DNA of 64,000 nucleotides, from contig OZ251227.1 in NCBI GenBank assembly GCA_965240325.2, positions 124,001 to 188,000 of the forward strand. The letters are read 5' to 3'. This stretch comes from Rebecca billardiae RCC1528. Taxonomy: Eukaryota; Protista; Haptophyta. How positions within the stretch are numbered: the stretch's first letter is position 1; every line of letters begins with the position of its first letter. Both the position numbers and the translations under genes were made by a program. Positions 44,040 to 54,252 of this stretch are shown here, piece after piece. Below the pieces are notes generated by a model, which was not told the DNA's origin, did no database searches, and saw only the letters and a program-made list of their open reading frames with translations.

Positions 44040-45257
44040 TCACTTGCCAGTGAAGCCAAAGTGGCGCAAGGGCAAGGCCGCAGCGAGGCGGCGTGCGAGC
44101 GAGCGTGCTGCGCGCTTGTCCTCTGGGCTCTGAGTCTGCCCCGCCGCCGCGGTGCCGTTCCCCTTCCCACCCGGCGCATCCTTGCCCACGCCGAGCACGA
44201 CACCGCCCACGGCCTGCGCGGCCGGCCGCCCGTCCGCTGCACTCCCGCGCGCGCCCCAGCCGCTGTGCGGCGCGCTGCTCTGCGCCGCACCGTGCGCGCT
44301 CTGTGAGTGCGCTGTGCCGCTCGAGCTGCTGCTCGGCGTGCGGGGCGAGAGCTCGAGCGGCGCGTCCGCCCACGTCTCGTCGCCGTACGTGAGGAACGCG
44401 CCGTGTCCGCCGTCCGCGCGGGTGAATGCCGGCAGCCCGCGCGGGTCGTGCGCGCCGGCCGCGAGCGCCTCGGCGGAGGGCGGCCGCCAGAACTGCTTGG
44501 CGGCCGCCACGCCCGGCCGCCTGTTCTCCGCACACTCCGCACCCAGCCAGCGCAGGATCTCGGGGCCGAGCGAGCGGAGCCCCGGCTCGTCCGCGTCGAG
44601 CGCGTGGGCGAAGCACACCTTCGCCGCCGTCGTCTCGTTGAGCAGCGCGCGCAGCAGCCGCCACAGCCCGTCGAACAGCCGCGGCGCGCAGTACACGAGC
44701 GCGAGGCCGAGTCTCTCCGGGTAGTGCTGCAGCAGCCACACGAAGGCGGAGCCGGCGCGCGGGTCGTTGTCGCGCAGCGAGTAGCCGTGGAAGTCAACGA
44801 AGAGCACCCACTTGCTCGCGCGCCGCTCCGCATGCGCGTCGAGCAGCGCGGACGCGTCCTCCAGCAGGCGCGTGAGGTGCGCGGTCGCATCCGCCGGGTT
44901 GAAGCGATCGTGCGCGGTCGCAAAGCACGTGTACAGCACGAGGCGGCCGAGCGCGTCGAAGCCGATGGGGCGGAGCGAGTGCGCCATGGGGCTGCGCATG
45001 CACGCCGGGCACAGCGCCTCGGCCGGCCGCGTCGCCAGGCGCCACCGCCACGTGCCCGCGAGCTGCAGCGCGGCCAGCCGCTCGTCGCCATCGTTCGCGT
45101 CGATGTAACGGCCGAGCGTGCGGTCGCTGAGGAAGGCGCGCAGCGCGATGTGGTGGCCGGAGCTCTCCTCCCACACCAGCTCTGTCGCATCGCCGCGCAC
45201 CCGCTCGACGACGCTCGCGTGATGCGCCGCGTCCTCGAGCTCGCGCCGCTCCTGCAT
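44040..45257 (-). CDS. CRAL-TRIO/Sec14 lipid-binding protein
   Basis: TLGRYIDAN...L..TWRWR, GFDALGRLVLY, KWVLFVDFHGYSL, LQHYPERLG, APRLF..LW..L. Confidence 0.9.
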   Translation of the reverse strand: MQERRELEDAAHHASVVERVRGDATELVWEESSGHHIALRAFLSDRTLGRYIDANDGDERLAALQLAGTWRWRLATRPAEALCPACMRSPMAHSLRPIGFDALGRLVLYTCFATAHDRFNPADATAHLTRLLEDASALLDAHAERRASKWVLFVDFHGYSLRDNDPRAGSAFVWLLQHYPERLGLALVYCAPRLFDGLWRLLRALLNETTAAKVCFAHALDADEPGLRSLGPEILRWLGAECAENRRPGVAAAKQFWRPPSAEALAAGAHDPRGLPAFTRADGGHGAFLTYGDETWADAPLELSPRTPSSSSSGTAHSQSAHGAAQSSAPHSGWGARGSAADGRPAAQAVGGVVLGVGKDAPGGKGNGTAAAGQTQSPEDKRAARSLARRLAAALPLRHFGFTGK

Positions 45258-45395
45258 GGCGCGGGTACCTAGCCGGTGGATGCACGGGCGCGGGTCCGGT
45301 TGTTCGCCTCCCGGAGTCCGGCTCCCGACCGAGTGCGGGCAGCGGGAGCTGGAGTCCTATTTTTTTTAACGCCCAGGCGTCTGGCGTTTCACAAG

Positions 45396-46019
45396 ATGTC
45401 GGACGACGCACCGCTCACGGAGGACACCGCCGCCCAGCTGGAGGCGGCGCTCGCGCTCAATGCGCAGCTGAAGCAGATGGAGTCGATGGTGCTCCGTGAC
45501 CCGGTTGTTGTTGCACGCCGTGGCTCGTCTTCCTCCGTGAGCTCCGGCCGCGGCCGCGCGGCAAGCTCCTCGCGCGGTCGGAATGGCGGGCGCACGTTCA
45601 CACAGCAGCAGGAGGTCGAGATCGCGCGCAACAACTCGCACCTGCTCAACAGGCTGGCGCGCGTGAAGGGTGAGACGAGCACAATGTCTGCACGCACGGC
45701 GAGTGCCCCGCCCAGGAGAGAGGGCCACGCCTCGATCAACCGGCGCAGGAAGGACCAGGAGATCGAGCGCGAGAATGCGGTGTGTGCGCGACCTCGCGGC
45801 GCGCGTGCGCTCGCCCGGCCGCCTTTCGGCCGACCCCACGCGCGGCGCCCGCGCGCTGACCTGCGCTGGGCCTCTATCCCGCCACGTGTGCCCTGGCAGC
45901 GCATCGTCGCGCGCATCCAGTCGCAGAAGTCGACCTTCTCCAAGATGAAGCCGCCGCCGTCCAAGGCCAAGCCGCCGCCCGTGCCGGGGCGCGCGGCCCC
46001 CCTCAAGCAGCGCGCGTGA
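45396..46019 (+). CDS. CFAP97/KIAA1430-like ciliary protein; probable in-frame intron 45780-45899
   Basis: TFTQQQEVEIARNNSHLLNRL...SINRRRKDQEIERENA|RIVARIQSQKST. Confidence 0.75.
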   Translation: MSDDAPLTEDTAAQLEAALALNAQLKQMESMVLRDPVVVARRGSSSSVSSGRGRAASSSRGRNGGRTFTQQQEVEIARNNSHLLNRLARVKGETSTMSARTASAPPRREGHASINRRRKDQEIERENAVCARPRGARALARPPFGRPHARRPRADLRWASIPPRVPWQRIVARIQSQKSTFSKMKPPPSKAKPPPVPGRAAPLKQRA

Positions 46020-46532
46020 CGAGGCGCGCGCCGACAGCCGCTCCGCCGCGAGGCTTTCTACGAAACGCTCGTCTGGAGGCTTCTCGCGCCGATGGGAGGG
46101 CGCTCCGCGGCGGCTGGAGGCCGTCGGCCCAGGCCCACGTTCATGGCGTTCGGAGGCCCGTGCCGCCGAGCAGACTGGCGCCCAGTGGCCAGTGCCGATG
46201 GCTGAGGCTAGGTGAGTAGGGTGAGAGGGAGGCGCCTCGACTCGCCGGTGACGGCTGGGCGGTGCCTTTGCTGATGACTGCACCTGCTGATATGATGCTC
46301 GTGTATTGACGGCCATTGCCGCCGCTACTTGTACTTCTTCGCAGCTCGTGGCCCGGCGGGCCTAACCGAATGTCCATCAATTACATCGAAGCCTGCTACA
46401 TACATTCGCCGTGTGCAGTGTTGGATGGCCGGGGAAGAGAAGTGAAAGGAGAGCGCGGGTGCTCCTCCGGTCTCGCACCCGAGTGCGCTCGGATTTCGAC
46501 GGCCGATGAGCTTTGCGTGCGGTCATCGTCCG

Positions 46533-49133
46533 ATGAAGCCGCGGTTGGCCGCACTCACGCTGTGTGGGGTGGCCGGCACCATCGTGCTCGCCCTCCTCGC
46601 GTGGGCTCGTGCCTCCGCCCCTCGCCCCGCCGCCGCCCTCCGCCCCGCCACCACGCTGGACGCCGAGCAGGCGGGCGCGGCGTGCGCGCTGTGCATGCAG
46701 CACCGCTGCACGCTCCGCGAGCGGCGCAGCTGCGCGAGCACGCGCGGCTTTCGCTTCCCCGGCGGCAACCAGGCGGCGGGCTGCGCGTGTGCCTGCTGCT
46801 CCGCGCAGTGCAAGCTCGCGCGCACGTGCGACCCCGCGTGGGTCGAGCCGGCGCCGGCGCGGCCGCTGCAGCCGCACGCACAGCCGCCGAGCACGCCGCT
46901 GCTCGGCTGGTCGATCGGCGGCGGCGGCTTCCGCGCGATGGCCGCGGGGATGGCGCTCGCGCGCACGATGCACCACGTGGGCCTCTTCGACACCCGCGCG
47001 CTCGCCGCCGCCACCGCCAGCTCGGGCGGCGCGTGGCTCCTCGTGCAGCTCGGGCTCGACGCGCGCTTTGCCGCCAACGTCACGGCGGGGGGCGCGTGGG
47101 CGCCGCCGAGCGACGCGGCGGTGGGCGAGGCGATGGCGGCGGGGCGGCGGGCGGCGGGTGCGCCGGCGCGGCCCACCGCGCTCGCCGACGCCGCCTCGAT
47201 CCGCAACGTCGTCATCGACTGGCTGCGCGCGCGCGCGTGGCTGTTTGCGCCGCCCTCAGCCGCCGAGCAGGCGGCCGCGCTTGGAGGAGGCAACGCGGAG
47301 GCGGCTGCCGAGGCGGCGTGGCTGCTCAGGCTGCTGCGCACGGCGAGCGGCGCGCTCGCGGGGGCGGGGCGCGAGCCGCGCGCGGTGGGCGCGCTGCGCG
47401 GCCTGCTCAGCGCCTCCGTCCGCTTCGGCGGCTCGTGGGAGCGGCTGGTGCGCGCGATGCTCAACTCGTCGGCGCTGGCGCACGGCCCGGCGGCGCTCGC
47501 GGGCCGGAGCGCGGCGCTGCGCGGCGCGGATCTGGGCGTGCAGTGGTCGGCGCTCGCGTCGGCGTACGTCGGCGCGTCCTCGCCGTCGGACACCTCCGCG
47601 CCCGTCCCCCTCGCCGCGTACCTGCTCGACGAGGCGCGCCGGCCGCTGCGCTCGGCCACGGATGTGACGCCGCTCGGCTACGTGCTCGGCGGTGGCGATG
47701 GCGGCGGCGGCGGTGCGGGCGGCGCGGGCGTGGTCGCGGCGGGCGTGCCCGCGCTGGTCGGGCGGTACAACGCGCAGATGCGCCACGGCCAGGTGCTCAG
47801 CGCGACCGTCGCCCCGCTCCAGCCGCTGTGGGGCGGGCAGCCTCCCTCGGCCGCGCTGATCGCAGCCGCGGCGTCCGCGGCCGGTGGCGCGCTCGCGTCG
47901 CCCGACCTCGTGCAGGCGGCGCTGGCGGCGCTGGCGCGCGAGGCGGAGGCGGGGGCCGGCGCGCCGGCCGACGCGGCGCTGCCGAGGCGCTTCGCGCTCG
48001 AGCTCGACGCGCTGCTCGAGCGCATGCCGCCCGGCCCCGCGCGGCGCTGCGGCCGCGCGCGCACCGCCTCGGCCTCCGCGCTGCTCGCGCTCCTGCGGTG
48101 CGCGCTCGATGCGTCGCCGCTCGCCCTCGCGGGGCAGGCGGTGTGCGCGCAGCGGCCGGCGCACGCGCGCGCGCGCAGCGGGGGGTACTGCGAGTTCCCG
48201 AGCTTCCGCCTCGCCGACGGCGCGTACACGGACGGCACCGCCGCGGCGCTCGCGGTGCGCGTGCTGCAGGCGCGCCTCGCCGCGCGCGCGCCCCCGCCCG
48301 CGGCACCGCCCCTGCCGCTCAGCCCAGCGCCCCGCCTCCGGCTCGTGCTGAGCGGCAGCGCCGGGTGCGAGCCCGCGCGCGGCGCGCCGGCCGAGGCGTG
48401 CGACCTCTCCGAGCTGGCGCAGCTCTTCGCGGGCGGCGCCGGCGGCGGGGGCCTCGAGCCGGGCGCGATCTTCACCAACCGCCTCGGCGCGCGCCAGCCG
48501 TGCGCGCAGCTCTTCGGCGCGCGCTGGGCGCACGTGCGGCCGAGGCTGCTCAACCTGCCGGCCGCGGCGGACGGCTCTCCGTCAGCCGTGTACGCGGCGC
48601 GCGCGCTCACGCACACGGTGGCCAACGCGCCGTACGGCGTGGCGGGCGGCACGCCGGTGGACGTGCTGCTGCTGCTCAGCGCGGCGCCGCTGGGCGGGCT
48701 CGCGGGCGCGCTCGACGCCGCACGCCCGCGCGGCTGGGCGCCCCTCGGCGACCTCGCGCAGAGCGTGTGCGCGTCGGTGCTGCCGCACGTGCTGGCGGCC
48801 TGGTGGGGCGACACGGGCGGCGCGCTGCGCACGGGCGCGATGCTGCTCGACGCGGCGCTCGCGCGCGCGGGAGGGCCGCCCGCGGCTGCGACGGCGGCGT
48901 CGGCGGCCGCCGCGCGCCACCGGCGGCACGCCGAGCGCACCACCGGCGGGGGCCGCCACGCGCATCGCTCGGCGCGGCCTCACTCTCAGCGCCGCCCTCG
49001 GGCGCCGCGCGGCGCTGGGCGTGCTGCTGACGACAGCCTCGCGCGCGCGGCGGCGGCGCTCCCCGAGTGGATGAGCCCGGCCCAGCGCCAGGCCGTGCTG
49101 CAGATGGCGACGACACCGCGCGAGTCAGTATGA
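46533..49133 (+). CDS. Membrane-anchored cPLA2/lysophospholipase-like protein (alternative start 46506)
   Basis: N-terminal TM, Cys-rich segment, SIGGGGFRAM, ASSGGAW, LADGAYTD. Confidence 0.7.
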   Translation: MKPRLAALTLCGVAGTIVLALLAWARASAPRPAAALRPATTLDAEQAGAACALCMQHRCTLRERRSCASTRGFRFPGGNQAAGCACACCSAQCKLARTCDPAWVEPAPARPLQPHAQPPSTPLLGWSIGGGGFRAMAAGMALARTMHHVGLFDTRALAAATASSGGAWLLVQLGLDARFAANVTAGGAWAPPSDAAVGEAMAAGRRAAGAPARPTALADAASIRNVVIDWLRARAWLFAPPSAAEQAAALGGGNAEAAAEAAWLLRLLRTASGALAGAGREPRAVGALRGLLSASVRFGGSWERLVRAMLNSSALAHGPAALAGRSAALRGADLGVQWSALASAYVGASSPSDTSAPVPLAAYLLDEARRPLRSATDVTPLGYVLGGGDGGGGGAGGAGVVAAGVPALVGRYNAQMRHGQVLSATVAPLQPLWGGQPPSAALIAAAASAAGGALASPDLVQAALAALAREAEAGAGAPADAALPRRFALELDALLERMPPGPARRCGRARTASASALLALLRCALDASPLALAGQAVCAQRPAHARARSGGYCEFPSFRLADGAYTDGTAAALAVRVLQARLAARAPPPAAPPLPLSPAPRLRLVLSGSAGCEPARGAPAEACDLSELAQLFAGGAGGGGLEPGAIFTNRLGARQPCAQLFGARWAHVRPRLLNLPAAADGSPSAVYAARALTHTVANAPYGVAGGTPVDVLLLLSAAPLGGLAGALDAARPRGWAPLGDLAQSVCASVLPHVLAAWWGDTGGALRTGAMLLDAALARAGGPPAAATAASAAAARHRRHAERTTGGGRHAHRSARPHSQRRPRAPRGAGRAADDSLARAAAALPEWMSPAQRQAVLQMATTPRESV

Positions 49134-49451
49134 GTAGGGCGAGGCCGCTCGCGTCCGATCAGACATCAGCTACGACTGCGGGCTGGCGGCGGGCGGTCAC
49201 AAGCAGCAGCGCTGGCGCGATGATCATGATGATGCAGCGCCGCCATGGCAGCAGCATCAGACGAGTATATACTATATATTACGACTGCTGCTACTTACAA
49301 TATATACATACGACGCGACGCTGATGCTGCTATGCTCTAACAGTGCGCCCGCTCCGAGCACAGCAGCACACCCTGATGCGGCGCACGGCCGAGTCGCACA
49401 GAGCCGACGAGGACGAGGCGCGCGGCCAGCCACGCCGCCGCCGCTCTCCAC

Positions 49452-52400
49452 TCAAGACGCCTCCGCCTGCGCGACGTCTGCGCCGCGCGCGGCTCCCAGG
49501 GGCACGCCGAACGCAGCCGTCGGCGCGGCCGGCAGCGCGAGCCGCGCGAGCATGGCTGCCAGCTGCACGTGTGCCGGCAGCTCGCCCAGCTCCTGCTGCT
49601 GCTGCTGCTGCTGCTCGGCAGAGCGCAGCGGCGGCGTCCACGCGAGCGCGCCGCCGTCCGCGCCGCCTGGGCCGCCCTCCTCCTCGCCGTCCTCGTCGTC
49701 GTCGTCGTCCAGCTCGCCGTCGGAGAGCTCCGAGCCGGGAGCCGAGCGCGGAGCGAAACCCGGCGCGGGCGCTCGGCCGGCGGCGCGCCCCGCGCCCGCG
49801 CCCTCGTCCTCGTCCGCGCCCGCCTCCCACGCGGCCACGCCCAGACTGCCGCCCACGCCCAGGCCGAGCGCGTCCCGGGCCGCGCGCGTGCGCACCTCGC
49901 CCGCCTCGAGCTCGAGCGCGCGGGCCGTGGCGCGCGGCGCGTGCGCGGACGCGTCCGAGCCCTCCTCGCTGCTGGAGGGCGTCGAGGGCAGCGGCAGCGG
50001 CAGCGGCTGCCGCGCGCGCCCGGCCGCCCAGCCAGCCGCAGCGCCGCGCGCGCCCCAGCCACCGGCCGCGCCCGCCTCCGCCTCCGCCTCCGCCTCCGCC
50101 TCCGCCTCCGCCTCCGCGCCGCGCGCCCAGCCGGCGGCCGCGGAGGAGGCGGAGGGCGCGGGGCTGGGCACCTCCCCCTCGGAGCACGCGGAGGCGATGG
50201 AGGCGGCGGAGGCGGCCAGCGAGCAGCACGCCCCACCGTGCTCGGCCGCAGCGCCGCGCGCCGCCGCCGCCGCCGCCGCCGAGCGCGGCGGCGACGGCGG
50301 CAGCGGCGGCTGTTGGCGCGCTGGCGGAGGAGGGCGCGCGGACGGCTCGCGCGCGCCCGCTGCAGCAAGGCGGCCGGACGCACCTCGGGCGCCGCCCACG
50401 GTGGTCGCCATCGAGGCGGCGGAGGCGGTGGTGTGCAGCGGCTGCGCGCCGCACCCGCCCGCGCCCAGCGCCCGCGGCGCCGCGCCAGGCCCGCCGCAGC
50501 CGCCCGCAGCCGCCTTTGCCCCAGCTCGCGTCCGCGCGGGCGGCGGCCGCTGCCCGTGGCGCAGCAGCACGGGCGGCGGCAGCGGGCGCGCGCGGCGGCG
50601 CGCGGCGGGCGCGGCGGGCGCCGCCTCCGCGGGCGCCGCCCCCTCGCCCCGCGCCCCATCCCCCGCCCGCGCCTCCGCTGCGCGCTGCGGCCGCGCCCCG
50701 TGCGGCGCGTGCGCCCCGCCCAGCTCCTGCAGCTCCTGCCGCACCGCGCTCGACACCGCGCCGTGCACCGCGCCGTGCAGGGCGGCGCGCTCGCGCGCGG
50801 AGGCGGCGGCGACGGAGGCGTCGAGGGCGGAGGAGAGCTGCGCGGCGAGCGCGGCGGCGACCGTGCGCGAGACGGCCGCCGCCTCGAGCCGCGCGCTCAG
50901 CGAGCTCGCGCGCGCGGCCGCGGCAACCGCCGCGGCGGCCGCCGGGCGGCGCGCGGCCTCGGCGGCGCTCGCGGGCGCGGCGGCGCGCGCCGCGCCGCCG
51001 CCGCCCGCCGCGGCGGCGGCGGCGGGCGCGGGCGTTGGCCGGATCACGGCGCCGGCGTCGGCGACGGGCGCGCCGGCGATCACCGCGGCGAGGGCGCGCT
51101 CCACCGCCGCGACCGCCTCCGCCTCCACCGCCGCCGCCGCCGCGCCGGGCGCCGCCGCGGGCGCGTCGGCCGCCGCGCGCGCCGCCGCCGCCGCCGCGTC
51201 TGCGGCCGCCGCCGCCTCGCGCGCGGCCGCCGCCGCGGCGTGCGCGGCCGCCTCGGCCTCGGCGCGCGCGGCGCGCGCGGCCGCGCGCGCGCCGAGTCCA
51301 CGCCCCGCCGCCTGCACGCGCACGGCCGCCTCCGCGCGCCGCGCCGCCGCCGCTCGCTCCGCCCTCGCGCGCGCGGCGCGCGCGCGGCCGTGCGCGCCGC
51401 GCGCCGCAGCCTGCAGCCGCGCCGCCGCGTGCCGCGCGCCGCGCAGCTGCGCGCGCGCGAGGGCGGAGCGCCACGCGGCCTGGAGCTGCGCCGCGGTCGC
51501 GTCCGCGTCGATGGTCGGCAGCGGCGGCGCCTCCGCCCGCCGCGCGCCCTCCGCCACGCGCTCCGCGCCCTGGGCGGCGGCGGCGGGCGGCGCGGCCGCG
51601 CTCGGCGCCGTGAGCGCGCGCGCGGCGCGCAGCGAGGCCGCCGGCACGCGCGCCGCGGGCGCGGGCGCCGCGGCGCCGGCGGCGTCGGCGCCGGCGCGCG
51701 CGCCCAGCGCCACGCCGAGCACCGCCTCGAGCAGCGCGCCCTCGAGCGCGCGCCGCGCGCCGCCGCCGCCCCCGCCGCGCGCGGCCGCGTGCTGCTGCGC
51801 CTGCCCCTGCGAGCTCGGCAGCACAGCCGGCGGCGAGGCCGGCGGCGGCGGCGTGCGCCCGGCGGCGGCCGCGCCGCGCTCGGCGGCGGGCGGGAGGAGG
51901 ACGGCGGCGGCGGCCTCGGCGACGGCGCGCTCGTCCACCGCCGCGCCCGCGTCCACGAACAGCTGCAGCAACCCGCCCGGCGGCGGCGCACCGGCCGACG
52001 CCGCCGACGCCGGCGCGGCGGCCGCGGCCGCGCGCGGGCGCGCGGCCGCGCCGTCGGCCGATGCGGGCGCGCCGTCGCGCGCCGCGCGGACGAGCAGCTG
52101 CGCCGCGGCGTGCGAGACGAGCCAGCGCGTCGCCGCGCCGCCGAGCGCCTCCTCCGCGTCCTGCGCCAGGCTCGCCGCGTCCGCGCGCGCCGCGCCGCCG
52201 GGCAGCTCGACCGCGGGCGGGCCGGGCGGCGGCGCGCGCTCGGCGGCGCGGCGCGCGCGCGCGAGCGCGGCGCGCGCCGCGCGGCCGCGCGCGAGCGCGG
52301 CGAGCCGCGTCGCGGCGGCGTGCTCGGCGTCGCCCGCGGCATCGTCCTCGCCCGCCGCGCCGCCGCCGTCGTCCGTGCCCACCGCCGCGTCCACGCGCGC

Positions 52401-54219
52401 CGCGGCCGCCCCGCCGCCCGCCGGCGCGTCGCGCGCGCCGGCCGCGCGTGCGCGCTCGTCGCGCGGCGCCGCGCACGCGCCGCGCGCCGCGCTGGCCGCG
52501 CGCTGCGGCGGCGGCGCCAGCCGGTGCGGCGGGCGGCGCGCGCGCAGCGCGGCCTGCAGCACGAGCGCGGCGAGCTCGCGCAGCGGGCCCTCCTCCGCCG
52601 CGGCCGGCGGCGCGGCCGCCTCGGCCGCCGCACCGCGCGCGCGCGCCGCGCGCGCGCGCTCGCCCGCGGCCGGCGCCGCCGCCCGACGGCGCAGCGCGCG
52701 CAGCAGCAGCGCGCGCGCGCGCGCCTCGGCGCGCCGCGCGGCGGGCATCATCGAGACGGCGGTCTGCGTGCCCACGCCGGGCGGTGGCGGCGCGGCGGCG
52801 GGCTCGCGCGGCGCGTGCGCCCCCTCGCGCCGCGCGTCCGCCAGCGCGCGCAGCTCGGCCGCGCTCTCGGCGAGCGACGCCGCCGTCGCCTCGAGCGAGC
52901 TCACGCGCGCGCGCAGCGCGGCAGAGTCGGCGTCGGCGGCGGGCGGCGCGCGCCGCCAGCCCGCGGCCGAGGGCGCGCCCGGCGGCGCGACGAGCGAGAG
53001 GCGGATGGGGCGCGCGCCGCCGAGCGGCCGTGGCGCCTCCGCGCCCGCGCGGCCCCAGCCAGCGGCGGACGACGCGCCCACCGATGCATCCGCGCCCGCA
53101 CCCGCCGCGCGCGGCGGCGGCGCGCGTGCCGAGTGAGCATGGCCGCCCGGTGCCGAGGGCTCGGCGGGCGGCTCCGCGGCCGAGCACCAGCCGGCGGCGA
53201 GCACCCTCGCCCCGGACGACGCGGCGGCGCCGGCGGCCGCGCCCTGCGCGCAGCACACCCCGCAGCCCTGCGCGCCGCCCAGCTCACGCACGCGCCAGTG
53301 CGCGTGCGCGGCACCCACGGCCCCGCCGTGCGCTGCGCTGCAGGCCTGCGCGCGCTGGTGGTGGGCGGGCGGCCGTGCAGCCCCGGCGGGGTGGATGAGC
53401 GTCAGGCGCAGCCCGTTGGCGGAGACGCCCGGCGCGAGCTGCTGCGGGCGCGGGCCGCCGCTCGCAAGCCTGCCGCCGCCGCCGCCGCCGCCGCCGTGGC
53501 CGTGGCCGCCGCCGCCGCAGCCGCCGTCGCCGCCGCAGCCGCCGCCGCCAAATCCACCGCCGCCGTCGCCGCCGCCGCCGCCGCCGCCGCCAAATCCACC
53601 GCCGCCGCCAGGCCCGCTGCCGCCGCCGAATCCGCCACCGCCGCCGCCAAACCCGCCGCCGCCACCGCCACCGCCGTCGTCGCTGTCCCCGTCGCTGTCC
53701 GGCCGCCCCTCCGCCTCCGCGCGCGGCGCTCCGTGCGGCGCTGAGCGCGCGCCTGCCGGCCAGCCATCGCCACCGCCACCGCCACCGCCACCGCCACCGC
53801 CACCGCCATCGACGAGGCTGAGGGACGGCGGCGGCGGCGCGCGCGGCGCGGGCGGCGCGGGCGGCGCGCGCGGCGCGGGCGGGGCAGCCGCCGCGCCCCG
53901 CGCCAGACCGCGCAGCGCGGCGGCGGGGTCCGCCTCCGCCTCGGCCTCCGCCTCCGCCTCCGCCTCCGCCGCCCGCAGCTCTGCCCTCGCCGCCGCCATC
54001 ACCACCCCGTCGCCCATCGCCACGCGCCACTCGGCGCCCGAGTGCTGCAGCTGCGCCAGCGTGGCGCGCAGCGCGAGCCCGAGCTGCTCGACCTCCGCCT
54101 CGAGGCCCGCGCCATCGGAGGCGGCGGGCGCGCACGCCGCCGCGAGCGCGCCGCCGCGTGCCGCGCCGCGCGCCGCCGCGCCGCCGCCCTCGCCGCCCTC
54201 GCCTCCGCCCTCGCCGCCT

Positions 54220-54252
<33 letters not shown>

